A stretch of DNA of 64,000 bases from Macrostomum hystrix (Eukaryota; Animalia; Platyhelminthes). The stretch covers positions 806,001-870,000 of the forward strand of contig CATNEN010000007.1 in the NCBI GenBank assembly GCA_950097015.1. Direction: 5' to 3'. The notes beneath the pieces are model-generated. The model was not told the DNA's origin. It was given only the letters and a program-made list of their open reading frames with translations, and ran no database searches. Position numbers and translations under genes: made by a program. Numbering within the stretch: the first letter of the stretch is position 1; every line of letters begins with the position of its first letter. Shown here one piece after another: positions 12,130-25,440 of the stretch.

Positions 12130-15100
12130 CAATGCATTAGTGTCAGAAGTAGAGGGTCAGTGCATTAGTGTCAGTAGATGGGTCAATGCATTAGTGTCAG
12201 TAGATGGGTCAGTGCATTAGTGTCAGTAGTAGAGGGTCAGTGCGTTAGTGTCAGCACTAGTGGGTCAGTGCGTTAGTGTCAGTAGTAGAGGGTCAGTGCG
12301 TTAGTGTCAGTAGTAGAGGGTCAGTGCGTTAGTGTCAGTAGTAGAGGGTCAGTGCGTTAGTGTCAGCACTAGTGGGTCAGTGCGTTAGTGTCAGTAGTAG
12401 AGGGACAGTGCGTTAGTGTCAGTAGTAGAGGGACAGTGCGTTAGTGTCAGTACTAGTGGGTCAGTGCGTTAGTGTCAGTACTAGTGGATCAGTGCATTAG
12501 TGTCAGAAGTAGAGGGTCAGTGCATTAGTGTCAGAAGTAGAGGGTCAGTGCATTAGTGTCAGAAGTAGAGGGTCAGTGCATTAGTGTCAGAAGTAGAGGG
12601 TCAGTGCATTAGTATCAGAAGTAGAGGGTCAGTGCATTAGTATCAGAAGTAGAGGGTCAGTGCATTAGTGTCAGAAGTAGAGGGTCAGTGCATTAGTATC
12701 AGAAGTAGAGGGTCAGTGCATTAGTATCAGAAGTAGAGGGTCAGTGCATTAGTATCAGAAGTAGAGGGTCAGTGCATTAGTATCAGAAGTAGAGGGTCAG
12801 TGCATTAGTATCAGAAGTAGAGGGTCAGTGCATTAGTATCAGTAGTAGAGGGTCAGTGCATTAGTATCAGAAGTAGAGGGTCAGTGCATTAGTGTCAGTA
12901 GTAGAGGGTCAGTGCATTAGCGTCAGAAGTAGAGGGTCAGTGCATTAGTATCAGAAGTAGAGGGTCAGTGCATTAGTGTCAGAAGTAGAGGGTCAGTGCA
13001 TTAGTATCAGAAGTAGAGGGTCAGTGCATTAGTATCAGAAGTAGAGGGTCAGTGCATTAGTATCAGAAGTAGAGGGTCAGTGCATTAGTGTCAGTAGTAG
13101 AGGGTCAGTGCATTAGCGTCAGAAGTAGAGGATCAGTGCATTAGTGTCAGTAGTAGAGGGTCAGTGCATTAGTGTCAGTAGTAGAGGGTCAGTGCATTAG
13201 CGTCAGAAGTAGAGGGTCAGTGCATTAGTATCAGAAGTAGAGGGTCAGTGCATTAGTGTCAGTAGTAGAGGGTCAGTGCATTAGTGTCAGAAGTAGAGGG
13301 TCAGTGCATTAGTGTCAGAAGTAGAGGGTCAGTGCATTAGTGTCAGTAGTAGAGGGTCAGTGCATTAGTATCAGAAGTAGAGGGTCAGTGCATTAGTGTC
13401 AGTAGTAGAGGGTCAGTGCATTAGTATCAGTAGTAGAGGGTCAGTGCATTAGTGTCAGTAGTAGAGGGTCAGTGCATTAGTATCAGTAGTAGAGGGTCAG
13501 TGCATTAGTGTCAGTAGTAGAGGGTCAGTGCATTAGTATCAGAAGTAGAGGGTCAGTGCATTAGTGTCAGAAGTAGAGGGTCAGTGCATTAGCGTCAGAA
13601 GTAGAGGGTCAGTGCATTAGTATCAGAAGTAGAGGGTCAGTGCATTAGTATCAGAAGTAGAGGGTCAGTGCATTAGTATCAGAAGTAGAGGGTCAGTGCA
13701 TTAGTATCAGTAGTAGAGGGTCAGTGCATTAGTATCAGAAGTAGAGGGTCAGTGCATTAGTATCAGAAGTAGAGGGTCAGTGCATTAGTATCAGTAGTAG
13801 AGGGTCAGTGCATTAGTGTCAGTAGTAGAGGGTCAGTGCATTAGTATCAGAAGTAGAGGGTCAGTGCATTAGTGTCAGAAGTAGAGGGTCAGTGCATTAG
13901 CGTCAGAAGTAGAGGGTCAGTGCATTAGTGTCAGAAGTAGAGGGTCAGTGCATTAGTATCAGAAGTAGAGGGTCAGTGCATTAGTATCAGAAGTAGAGGG
14001 TCAGTGCATTAGTGTCAGTAGTAGAGGGTCAGTGCATTAGTATCAGAAGTAGAGGGTCAGTGCATTAGTATCAGAAGTAGAGGGTCAGTGCATTAGTGTC
14101 AGAAGTAGAGGGTCAGTGCATTAGTGTCAGAAGTAGAGGGTCAGTGCATTAGTGTCAGAAGTAGAGGGTCAGTGCATTAGTGTCAGTAGTAGAGGGTCAG
14201 TGCATTAGTGTCAGAAGTAGAGGGTCAGTGCATTAGTGTCAGAAGTAGAGGGTCAGTGCATTAGTATCAGAAGTAGAGGGTCAGTGCATTAGTATCAGTA
14301 GTAGAGGGTCAGTGCATTAGTATCAGAAGTAGAGGGTCAGTGCATTAGTATCAGAAGTAGAGGGTCAGTGCATTAGTGTCAGAAGTAGAGGGTCAGTGCA
14401 TTAGTATCAGTAGTAGAGGGTCAGTGCATTAGTATCAGAAGTAGAGGGTCAGTGCATTAGTATCAGTAGTAGAGGGTCAGTGCATTAGTGTCAGAAGTAG
14501 AGGGTCAGTGCATTAGTGTCAGAAGTAGAGGGTCAGTGCATTAGTGTCAGAAGTAGAGGGTCAGTGCATTAGTATCAGAAGTAGAGGGTCAGTGCATTAG
14601 TATCAGAAGTAGAGGGTCAGTGCATTAGTGTCAGAAGTAGAGGGTCAGTGCATTAGTATCAGAAGTAGAGGGTCAGTGCATTAGTATCAGAAGTAGAGGG
14701 TCAGTGCATTAGTATCAGAAGTAGAGGGTCAGTGCATTAGTATCAGAAGTAGAGGGTCAGTGCATTAGTGTCAGAAGTAGAGGGTCAGTGCATTAGTATC
14801 AGTAGTAGAGGGTCAGTGCATTAGTGTCAGAAGTAGAGGGTCAGTGCATTAGTGTCAGTAGTAGAGGGTCAGTGCATTAGTATCAGTAGTAGAGGGTCAG
14901 TGCATTAGTATCAGAAGTAGAGGGTCAGTGCATTAGTATCAGAAGTAGAGGGTCAGTGCATTAGTATCAGTAGTAGAGGGTCAGTGCATTAGTGTCAGTA
15001 GTAGAGGGTCAGTGCATTAGTATCAGAAGTAGAGGGTCAGTGCATTAGTGTCAGAAGTAGAGGGTCAGTGCATTAGCGTCAGAAGTAGAGGGTCAGTGCA

Positions 15101-16205
15101 TTAGTGTCAGAAGTAGAGGGTCAGTGCATTAGTATCAGAAGTAGAGGGTCAGTGCATTAGTATCAGAAGTAGAGGGTCAGTGCATTAGTGTCAGTAGTAG
15201 AGGGTCAGTGCATTAGTATCAGAAGTAGAGGGTCAGTGCATTAGTATCAGAAGTAGAGGGTCAGTGCATTAGTGTCAGAAGTAGAGGGTCAGTGCATTAG
15301 TGTCAGAAGTAGAGGGTCAGTGCATTAGTGTCAGAAGTAGAGGGTCAGTGCATTAGTGTCAGAAGTAGAGGGTCAGTGCATTAGTGTCAGTAGTAGAGGG
15401 TCAGTGCATTAGTGTCAGTAGTAGAGGGTCAGTGCATTAGTATCAGAAGTAGAGGGTCAGTGCATTAGTGTCAGAAGTAGAGGGTCAGTGCATTAGCGTC
15501 AGAAGTAGAGGGTCAGTGCATTAGTATCAGAAGTAGAGGGTCAGTGCATTAGTATCAGAAGTAGAGGGTCAGTGCATTAGTATCAGAAGTAGAGGGTCAG
15601 TGCATTAGTATCAGTAGTAGAGGGTCAGTGCATTAGTGTCAGAAGTAGAGGGTCAGTGCATTAGTATCAGTAGTAGAGGGTCAGTGCATTAGTATCAGAA
15701 GTAGAGGGTCAGTGCATTAGTATCAGTAGTAGAGGGTCAGTGCATTAGTGTCAGAAGTAGAGGGTCAGTGCATTAGTGTCAGAAGTAGAGGGTCAGTGCA
15801 TTAGTGTCAGAAGTAGAGGGTCAGTGCATTAGTATCAGAAGTAGAGGGTCAGTGCATTAGTATCAGAAGTAGAGGGTCAGTGCATTAGTGTCAGAAGTAG
15901 AGGGTCAGTGCATTAGTATCAGTAGTAGAGGGTCAGTGCATTAGTATCAGAAGTAGAGGGTCAGTGCATTAGTATCAGAAGTAGAGGGTCAGTGCATTAG
16001 TATCAGAAGTAGAGGGTCAGTGCATTAGTGTCAGAAGTAGAGGGTCAGTGCATTAGTATCAGTAGTAGAGGGTCAGTGCATTAGTGTCAGAAGTAGAGGG
16101 TCAGTGCATTAGTGTCAGTAGTAGAGGGTCAGTGCATTAGTGTCAGTAGTAGAGGGTCAGTGCATTAGTATCAGTAGTAGAGGGTCAGTGCATTAGTGTC
16201 AGAAG
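12130..16205. repeat. 28-bp minisatellite TCAGTGCATTAGT(A/G)TCAG(A/T)AGTAGAGGG, about 145 copies
   Basis: Period 28 counted; intronic. Confidence 0.98.
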
Positions 16206-16752
16206 TTAAGTAAGAAAAGCGACGGTAAAGCACAGCTGATTGCTTTCATTCAATCATATTCTGTGACCGAGTGTCTCATTCATCATCAGCAACCTTTCTA
16301 TTCAGCTTTACTCAGCCACAAGTTCGAGAGTGTTTAAAAACTTCTAGAAGTCTCAGCTAGATGGGGAAAGCAACAGGATTTGGGATCAAAATTGAGCAAG
16401 TAGAAGTTTTTGCACCCTCGGGAATACGACCCTACTGTACATAATGTTGCAATCCTTTTATTTCTCAAAAACGACTCTAAGAAGATTGAGTACTCTGTGT
16501 TACTCACTGGATAAGAGATTTTCGGTGGGCAGGAAGGCTTTCAGATTAGAATGAGTGAATTTTCAGACCGAGTCTCTGCAGGATCATGGAAAAATCTATA
16601 TGCGCTCTGCTTTGGGCATTTGTAAGACACACTTCTTTAACAGCCCCACGCACATAAAATGTAGACTGTAAAACATTTTATATGATAATATTATACTATA
16701 TTGACTATTGGGAAAATATTAAAATAGATAACTCACAACTGCCTCCGAAATA

Positions 16753-19150
16753 CCCTTCCTCCCATTCCTCATATCCCATCCTCCCATTCCTCACATCCCA
16801 TCCACCCATTCCTCATATCCCATCCTCCCATTCCTCATATCCCATCCTCCCATTCCTCACATCCCATCCTCCCATTCCTCACATCCCATCCTCCCATTCC
16901 TCATATCCCATCAGCTCCCATTCCTCACATCCCATCCACCCATTCCTCATATCCCATCCTCCCATTCCTCATATCCCATCCTCCCAATCCTCATATCCCA
17001 TCCTCCCATTCCTCATATCCCATCCTCCCATTCCTCAAATCCCATCCTCCCATTCCTCATATCCCATCCTCCCATTCCTCATATCCCATCCTCCCATTCC
17101 TCAAATCCCATCCTCCCATTCCTCACATCCCATACTCCCATTCCTCACATCCCATCCTCCCATTCCTCATATCCCATCCTCCCATTCCTCATATCCCATC
17201 CTCCCAATCCTCAAATCCCATCCTCCCATTCCTCACATCCCATCCTCCCAATCCTCATATCCCATCCTCCCATTCCTCATATCCCATCCTCCCATTACTC
17301 ATATCCCATCCTCCCAATCCTCATATCCCATCCTCCCATTCCTCATATCCCATCCTCCCATTCTTCATATCCCATACTCCCATTCCTCATATCCCATCCT
17401 CCCATTCCTCAAATCCCATCCTCCCATTCCTCACATCCCATCCTCCCATTCCTCATATCCCATCCTCTCATTCCTCATATCCCATCCTCCCATTCCTCAA
17501 ATCCCATCCTCCCATTCCTCACATCCCATCCTCCCATTCCTCACATCCCATCCTCCCATTCCTCATATCCCATCAGCTCCCATTCCTCACATCCCATCCA
17601 CCCATTCCTCACATCCCATCAGCTCCCATTCCTCACATCCCATCAGCTCCCAATCCTCATATCCCATCCTCCCATTCCTCATATCCCATCCTCCCATTCC
17701 TCAAATCCCATCCTCCCATTCCTCATATCCCATCCTCCCATTCCTCATATCCCATCCTCCCATTCCTCAAATCCCATCCTCCCATTCCTCACATCCCATA
17801 CTCCCATTCCTCACATCCCATCCTCCCATTCCTCACATCCCATCCTCCCATTCCTCATATCCCATCCTCCCATTCCTCAAATCCCATCCTCCCATTCCTC
17901 ATATCCCATCCTCCCAATCCTCATATCCCATCAGCTTCCATTCCTCACATCCCATCAGCTTCCATTCCTCACATCCCATCAGCTCCCATTCCTCATATCC
18001 CATCCTCCCATTCCTCATATCCCATCCTCTCATTCCTCATATCCCATCCTCCCAATCCTCATATCCCATCAGCTTCCATTCCTCACATCCCATCAGCTTC
18101 CATTCCTCACATCCCATCAGCTCCCATTCCTCACATCCCATCAGCTCCCATTCCTCACATCCCATCAGCTCCCATTCCTCATATCCCATCAGCTTCCATT
18201 CCTCACATCCCATCAGCTTCCATTCCTCACATCCCATCAGCTTCCATTCCTCATATCCCATCAGCTTCCATTCCTCACATCCCATCAGCTTCCATTCCTC
18301 ATATCCCATTAGCTCCCATTCCTCACATCCCATCAGCTTCCATTCCTCACATCCCATCAGCTTCCATTCCTCACATCCCATCAGCTCCCATTCCTCACAT
18401 CCCATCAGCTCCCATTCCTCATATCCCATCCTCCCATTCCTCATATCCCATCCTCCCATTCCTCACATCCCATCAGCTTCCATTCCTCACATCCCATCAG
18501 CTTCCATTCCTCACATCCCATCAGCTCCCATTCCTCACATCCCATCAGCTCCCATTCCTCACATCCCATCCTCCCATTCCTCACATCCCATCTTCCCATT
18601 CCTCATATCCCATCAGCTCCCATTCCTCACATCCCATCAGCTCCCATTCCTCACATCCCATCAGCTCCCATTCCTCATATCCCATCCTCCCATTCCTCAT
18701 ATCCCATCCTCCCATTCCTCATATCCTATCCTCCCATTCCTCATATCCCATCAGCTCCCATTCCTCATATCCCATCAGCTCCCATTCCTCATATGCCATC
18801 CTCCCATTCCTCACATCCCATCAGCTTCCATTCCTCATATCCCATCAGCTCCCATTCCTCATATCCCATCCTCCCATTCCTCACATCCCATCCTCCCATT
18901 CCTCACATCCCATCCTCCCATTCCTCACATCCTATCCTCCCATTCCTCATATCCCATCAGCTCCCATTCCTCATATGCCATCCTCCCATTTCTCATATCC
19001 AATCAGCTCCCATTCCTCATATCCCATCCTCCCATTTCTCACATCCCATCCTCCCATTCCTCATATCCCATCCTCCCATTTCTCACATCCCATCCTCCCA
19101 TTCCTCATATCCCATCCTCCCATTCCTCACATTCCTCAATTTCCATCCCC
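16753..19150. repeat. C-rich 22/24-bp minisatellite (CCCATCCTCCCATTCCTCATAT / CCCATCAGCTCCCATTCCTCACAT)
   Basis: Direct reading; source of the 896-aa H/P/S/I ORF. Confidence 0.96.
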
Positions 19151-19158
19151 AATCTCAC

Positions 19159-19830
19159 CTTCAGGCTCATTCCAGACTGTGCATCCACGCTGTCAGATTC
19201 TGTTTTGACTGCCACAGCTGCCGCAGTCAGTGCCTGGTGCTGTTGCAGCTGCTGTTGTTGCTGTTGCTGCCCGGATCTCCTAGTCCTCAGCCAGAGCAGT
19301 CCGACCAAGAACACCACAGCCAATAGAGCTCCGAATGCGGCCAAACAGACGATGAGCACAAGACTTCTCTGATACTGCTGCTGCTGCTGCTGCTGATTGT
19401 TCAAACGGCGATCAATCTCAGACTGTCCCCTGCCGACCAAGTCGAAGCGTGAGTCGCCCTGGCCGACGTCTTGCTCAGTTGGCAGCGCCGGAACATTTCT
19501 AACCAGCACGGTGAGCACGGCTGCCGAGCTGAGCTGCGGGGCGCCGAAGTCGGAGGCTTCAATCAGCAGGGGGTATCGGCCGCAGTCGGCGAGATTCAAC
19601 CGTCTGGCCAGGGTCAGGTGTCCCGTCTCCGCCTGCAGGCTGAAAAGGCCGGCGCTGTTGCCGCCGACAATGCGAAACTGTAGTCGCGAGTTCGATTCCT
19701 CGTCGGCGTCTTTCGCCTGCAGATCGGCCACTGGCGATCGTGCGAGGTTGTGGCAGGAGGTCTCAACCTGGGTGGCGTTGCCAGAGCTGGGATAGATGAA
19801 CCTGGGCGGGTTGTCGTTGAGGTCCGTCAC
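19159..19830 (-). CDS. Protocadherin exon 4: end of EC6, EC7, transmembrane helix, start of tail
   Basis: Acceptor CCGCAG|GTG joins VVVR to VTDLNDNPP; DYE-type and ASDFG motifs; TM LVLIVCLAAFGALLAVVFLVGLLWL; donor AAG|GTGAGA phase 0. Confidence 0.92.
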
Positions 19831-19979
19831 CTGCGGATTAGCAATCGATTTTGTGTTATAATTAACGCTTTTTAACAATAAAAAGTTCATAGGGCTATTT
19901 CAAATGCCTACATTTTAGTTTTCTGTATCTCATTTGACTCATCATATCTTAAAATGTTCAACAGATCGTCATGAAAATC

Positions 19980-20100
19980 CAGAACATGGGCTAAAATTTT
20001 CTATCCGATGAAACAACTTCCAGAATCACAAAACATATTCGTCGAGATATTCAAAGATTCTCGTCCGGCTGTCTGGTGGCAAAAACCACCAGTATAAACC
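19980..20100 (+). repeat. Interspersed repeat, copy A of an inverted pair inside protocadherin intron 3
   Basis: Reverse complement matches 23506-23645, including a 30-bp core with one mismatch. Confidence 0.8.
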
Positions 20101-21134
20101 CCTCGTCCTTGTCACCAGGTCCTCGACAAGAATTGCTGAATTTCTCGACGATGCTGACGTCGGACAGTTTTAAGAAGTTTGTTTCCAGGAATCGTATTTT
20201 AAGAGTTTCCATTCTTCGAAATAGTTTTTTAAGTTATCCATTTCTAAGAAATCCTTCATGTGGAGCTGTCGTGTCAATCACAAGAAAACTTCTGGGTGTC
20301 GAAATAAGAATTTTCTAAACAACCCGAGAGACCAGCTGGTGTTGCCGACATTATCTGTGGCTCATTGCAAAATCAACAAAAATTTGAGAAAAAATGAACT
20401 AGAACCAACGTGGAGGCTGGAATTCGTGCACTCTTCAATAGTATACGAGCTACGAATATCTGCAGAAATTCTCAAATTTTCCTTTTGGGACTAAAGAAAA
20501 AATAACTGACCGATTCCCGCGAGCTCCCACAGTCCGCCCGAGTCCTTCTGCTCCTAATTCGGGAAAATTCCCCTTCTTTTTGCCTCCGAGACCAGCTGCA
20601 ATGGGTGGGGGTGGTGGGCTGGACTGCCGCCTGAAATTTATTAATTATGCCAAGTCCGACAGACTGACAGAGAGGGGGGCAGAGAGACTAGGAGAGAGGA
20701 TGGATGGAGATATTGTGCGGCGTCAAGTGGCGTGGACTGAGCTGGTGCGGCATGTGCTCAGACCAGTCTCCCAATTTAGTCATTCGCATAGCGGTGACAA
20801 ATTGAAAAATTCTGACCGAACATCAGGCCGAGCCAACTAGAAATGCTGTTGCAATTTTTTCTTGTAAATTGAAGCCTAAGAAATTCTGCAAACTTAACCC
20901 ACAAGTGGCACTCGTTGTTGCCAGCTGACAGTGAAGCTTTTCAAGTGACCTTAAGTTGTTTTTTTTTCTTCAAGCGTATTAATATATAATGCTGTATTTT
21001 AGTTGATCAATAAATAGTTTCAATTCCGTGTGTCATCCTCAAGCCTGGCCTAGGTCTGCTAAAAAAACTTTTTAAGATCAGCTATCTGCTATAAACACGT
21101 CATGATACATACAGTTGCTCTATGTGAACTGCCT

Positions 21135-21480
21135 CACAGGTCATTCTGTACATCATCGGTCATTCAGTACATCATTGGTCATTCAGTACATCATCGGTCA
21201 TTCAGTATGCCATCGGTCATTCAGTATGCTATCGGTCATTCAGTATGCCATCGGTCATTCAGTACGCCATCGGTCATTCAGTACATCAATGATCATTCGG
21301 TACATCATTGGTCATTCAGTACATCATCGGTCATTCAGTATGCCATCGGTCATTCAGTATGCCATCGGTCATTCAGTATGCCATCGGTCATTCAGTACGC
21401 CATCGGTCATTCAGTACATCAATGATCATTCGGTACATCATTGGTCATTCAGTACATACTGGTCATTCAGTATGTCATCG
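21135..21480. repeat. 19-bp minisatellite CATCGGTCATTCAGTA(T/C)(G/A)(C/T)
   Basis: Direct reading; intronic. Confidence 0.9.
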
Positions 21481-23505
21481 GTATTCAGTTATTCAGTTAT
21501 CAGTTATCAAGCATTCAGTTATTCTGATAATATTTTTTCTGATTTTATTGGAAAAAAGGACTGAGATTTTATCTGAGAACTGTCTTTCCACCTGATAATG
21601 ATTTTCATCTGACATGAAGTTGCAAGCGAGTAAGGATTAGTGTCTGCTCGATTTTCCTCGAGTGGGGTTGGGGCATTTCTGCAACTCGCCAAAGAGTGAA
21701 GGGTCAATTATCCAACGGGACGTGACTAATAAAGCGGGACAAGATTCTGGAGGTGAAGAATGCCTCATCACCCACTGCCCTCACCGGATTTGCGAAATCT
21801 TCCAGCCTCACCTCCTTCTCTCTTCCCTCTCCTAACCCTGCGCTCAGATCCCAGCTGACTTCCGGAGTTCCTAACTCCCTACTCATTGTTGCAGGCATAA
21901 TAATGTGAGGAGAATTGTTATAGTCGCTAACTATAATAGTGCTGCCACACAAAAATGAGAAATAGTTTGTCCGTGAGTATTGTAAAAATTTCTTCTACGA
22001 CACTTGTTTTGTTATAGTTTTTCATCATTTAAAATGCTTGCTTTAGAAACGTGCCGTCTGCGTGGAGACCAGCGATTTGAACACCAAGCGATATTAGCAT
22101 CATCATAAAAAGCCGAATGATGTTATTTGGACTTTGTCGTGCAATTTACTCAAATGAGGGCCAACCTCCAAGGCACACCTGTGTGAGTGTGCGCCCGTGT
22201 ACAGTATCTATGGGCAGAATTGCCTCCTCACAGGCTGCGGGACAAGGGATATAGTCAGTGCCCCGCGTCCTCTAATAATCATCGAATAACTTTCGCCGAT
22301 TAAGTTTAGAAAAGCAAAAGAATAAAAAGTAAAAAGCCATGAAGGAAGACTGATTTCATCATTGAACTCCAGAATCAACAGAATGCCAAGAAACATTTTC
22401 AAATGCTTTCTCATATCAGATCCATCCATAACCTTTCATCATAACCATTTGAAAGGTCCTTAGACAAAAATTTCTTTTCAAAGTCTGCAGTATTGTAAAT
22501 AATCTTTGATAAATATTCTTTAGAAAAGTGCACAAGCACTTATATGCACAGACACTCCCATGGCAAGATATAGTCTGGAAAACCACTTTTAGTACAACGC
22601 GACCTGCACACAACAATGAGAAGCGTTGATTCTTGCCCAGTCCGGCGTGAAACAGTTTTTAGCTGTCCATATTATAACAGCCAGGTTTTTCTTTAACGTG
22701 TAAGTTTTTCATTAAGAATTGAATAAGAATTGCATTTTGTCGGCTGGTCTTCCTGAGGAGCATTTTTCTGGTACAGCCTTCCCTTTGTCCTTCTAAATGT
22801 AACTACGTCTCAGACCGTTTCTCACCGTTTCTGCTTTAAGTGCTCATCTCTAAGACTCCCTCTTCCATTATCGAATTCTCCACTCTCTCTCCCTCTCTAT
22901 CTATAATTTTTCCCGAAATCTCCAATTCTCCCCAGTTACCCAATGTCAAATAGCTTGCGTGTATCGCTGAAGCATGTGCTGGCAATGGCCACTCCCTGAT
23001 TGAATGGGTTGTCAAATTTACGCTTGGTTGCCTCATTTCAGTTAGCTATACAGCTGCGATAAGGGCATTCCATTGTGTAAAGATCCATTATTTGTTATTA
23101 TTGCGGACCAGATCCCTACTCAAACTGCTTGTCAATCTGATTTTGCCACGGATACTGTGCAGTAGCAAATGCGCCTGGCTATTCTCAGTTCAGTTGGTAA
23201 ATGCCATGAAATATTATTGCTGAAAACAGAAGGCAGTTATGACGGCAGTATCCATCAATGGTAAGCCAAATAAACAAATATGGCTGGTGGGTTTGTTGAC
23301 TCACGGGCTCAAGCCGTGCTCAATTTGGTTGCATCTCAGGGGCACCCAGGGAACGAGCAAGCACACACCTCTGGCAATGATAATTCAGAACGACAGAACA
23401 GTTTGTCTGTCACCGCCACTTTTTCCATGTAAAAAACAATTTAATTAATCCAAAATAGTCAGCCGACATGGTTACATGACGAAATTTTGTGAGCAAGACA
23501 ATTAT

Positions 23506-23645
23506 GTTTAAACTGGTGGTTTTTGCCACCAGACACCCCGGTGAAAAGAATAGTTGAATATCTCGATGATGCCGATGTTTTGTGATTCTGGAAGTTGTTT
23601 CATCGGAAAGAGCAGAAAATGTTAGCCCGTCTTCTGCATTTTCAA
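23506..23645 (-). repeat. Interspersed repeat, copy B (inverted relative to 19980-20100)
   Basis: GTTTAAACTGGTGGTTTTTGCCACCAGACA and TTTGTGATTCTGGAAGTTGTTTCATCGGA shared with copy A. Confidence 0.8.
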
Positions 23646-23906
23646 GGTGATTGGTTGAATATTTTGGGGGGACACAGAAAAAAGAATATTGTGGGTGTTT
23701 GAAACACCCCCTTGTCTTTCTACTGCTAACACAGCCCGGCTACCGCAAGCTCTGGCCCAAACAGTCAAGTTCCATCACGCTGCCATCGCGGGCCTACATG
23801 GATTAGCAGAATGAGCGTCCCCGCTGTGTCCAAGGACCACCCTGCAGCTAAGTCAAGTTAGTCAAGTAAAAAATCCGCAATCTGACAGAAAGAAAATTTC
23901 TCTCAC

Positions 23907-24186
23907 CCTGACGACGACCGACGCGGTGCCGGACCTCCTGGGAGAGCCATTGTCGAACGCGATGACGGTGAAGCTGTATGTCGCCCGGGTCTCGCGGTCC
24001 AATCTTTTCAGCGTCGAAATTCGCCCGTCGTCAATGCCGACGCTGAACACGGAGCGAAGGCTGACCTCGGCCAGGCTGTAGGTGACGCGACCGTTGGCGC
24101 CCTCGTCCGCATCGTGAGCGGTCAGGACGCCAACCAGCTCGCCAGCTGGTTGCTCCTCGGCAATGCGGAACTCCAAGCGATTGTTT
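23907..24186 (-). CDS. Protocadherin exon 3 (EC6)
   Basis: Acceptor CCAG|A phase 2; AEEQ, AHDADEG, LDRE, AFDNGSP motifs; donor AGG|GTGAGA phase 0. Confidence 0.93.
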
Positions 24187-24258
24187 CTGGCGTAGTGAGG
24201 AATGGGAAATTAGACAGACATGGCACAATTCCTGAACACAACTTTCCCCGAGACTCAC

Positions 24259-25361
24259 CCGCAACCGCTATTCGACGTTGGAACACCAGCGGCAGCTTCG
24301 GAGCAGAAGCTCGGCGCGTTGTCGTTCTCATCGACGACGCGAACTGTGATGTCCAACGGCTGCGACATCATCGTCGGCTGTCCATTGTCTCTCGCTGACA
24401 CTCGCAGCTGGTAGCTGTCTACCCGCTCTCGGTCCAGGCTCTCCCGAGTCAGCAGGAGGCCGTTCTGTTCTCCCAGACTGAACAGCCGACTGTCCGGAGT
24501 TTCCTCGAGAATGTAGGTCACCCGATCGCCGTCTGCGTCCGAAGCGTTGAACGCGTGCACGAGGGCGCCCGGCGGACGGTTCTCGGCGACTCGAACTGTC
24601 AGAATCGGAGCTGCCGACGTGGAGGTCAGACTGGCAGTTTCGGCGAACACCGGCCGGTTGTCGTTGACGTTGCCGACGCGAACTAAGAGACGATGTCGAG
24701 TGGTCAGGACCGGTTCGCCGCCGTCGGAGCAGTTCAACCAAAGCTGATGCAGCGGCGCTGCTTCTCGGTCCAGGGGTCTCGCAGTTCGCAGCTCGAACTC
24801 CCGCTGCTGTCCGCGGCCGCTGCCAACCCCGCCGCCACCGATGCCGCCGCGGCGAGGCAGCAGTCGGAAGGATCGCAGCGAATTGGCATCCGCGAGCAGG
24901 CCACAGTCCAACCGGGCCGGACCGCCATCAGCGTCAGTCGCGGTCACCCAGGCTACCAACTCGTCGCTGACGCCGTTCTCCATCACAATTACCTCACCAC
25001 TGCTGCCGCTACCAGCCTTCGCTGGTGTGACATCAATCGCTGGACGCTCGTCGTTTCTGTCCAAGACGCTAACGGTGAGGGTGGCGCTGCCGGTTTTGGG
25101 TCCGACGCCGCTGGAGTCGCGCCTGCCGTCTCTGTCCACAGCTTCTAGCACCAGCACGTGCGTCCGAAGGTGCTCGTAGTCGAGCCTGCGACGCAAGAAC
25201 ACGCCGCCTGTGCTGGGGTTGACTCCGAACACGCCGGCGCCTCCGCCAACTTCGCTCAATCTGTAACGGATCTGGGCGTTGAGGCCCTCGTCCGGATCGC
25301 TGGCGTTCATTGTGATGAATTCGGTGTGCAAAGGCTGGTCCTCAGGCACGTGTGTCGTCAC
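24259..25361 (-). CDS. Protocadherin exon 2 (EC3-EC5)
   Basis: Acceptor CACCAG|GTG restores the PRFFAEQ-VTTHVPED spacing; LDYE, LDRE, DENDNAP motifs; donor GG|GTGAGT phase 2; flanking introns are 79 and 72 bp. Confidence 0.93.
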
Positions 25362-25440
25362 CTGGTGAGTCGTATTTGCATTCACTAATTATAAAGTATA
25401 GATAAAATTTAAATAAGTCATATTACGACCGCTGACCGAC

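Noticed and set aside
2281-16205. 28-33-bp periodic arrays as possible CRISPR arrays
   Set aside because: Units are head-to-tail with no unique spacers; eukaryotic context; no cas genes
16682-19372. 896-aa plus-strand ORF
   Set aside because: Translation of the C-rich minisatellite plus the antisense of protocadherin exon 4; it lies within a minus-strand intron and exon
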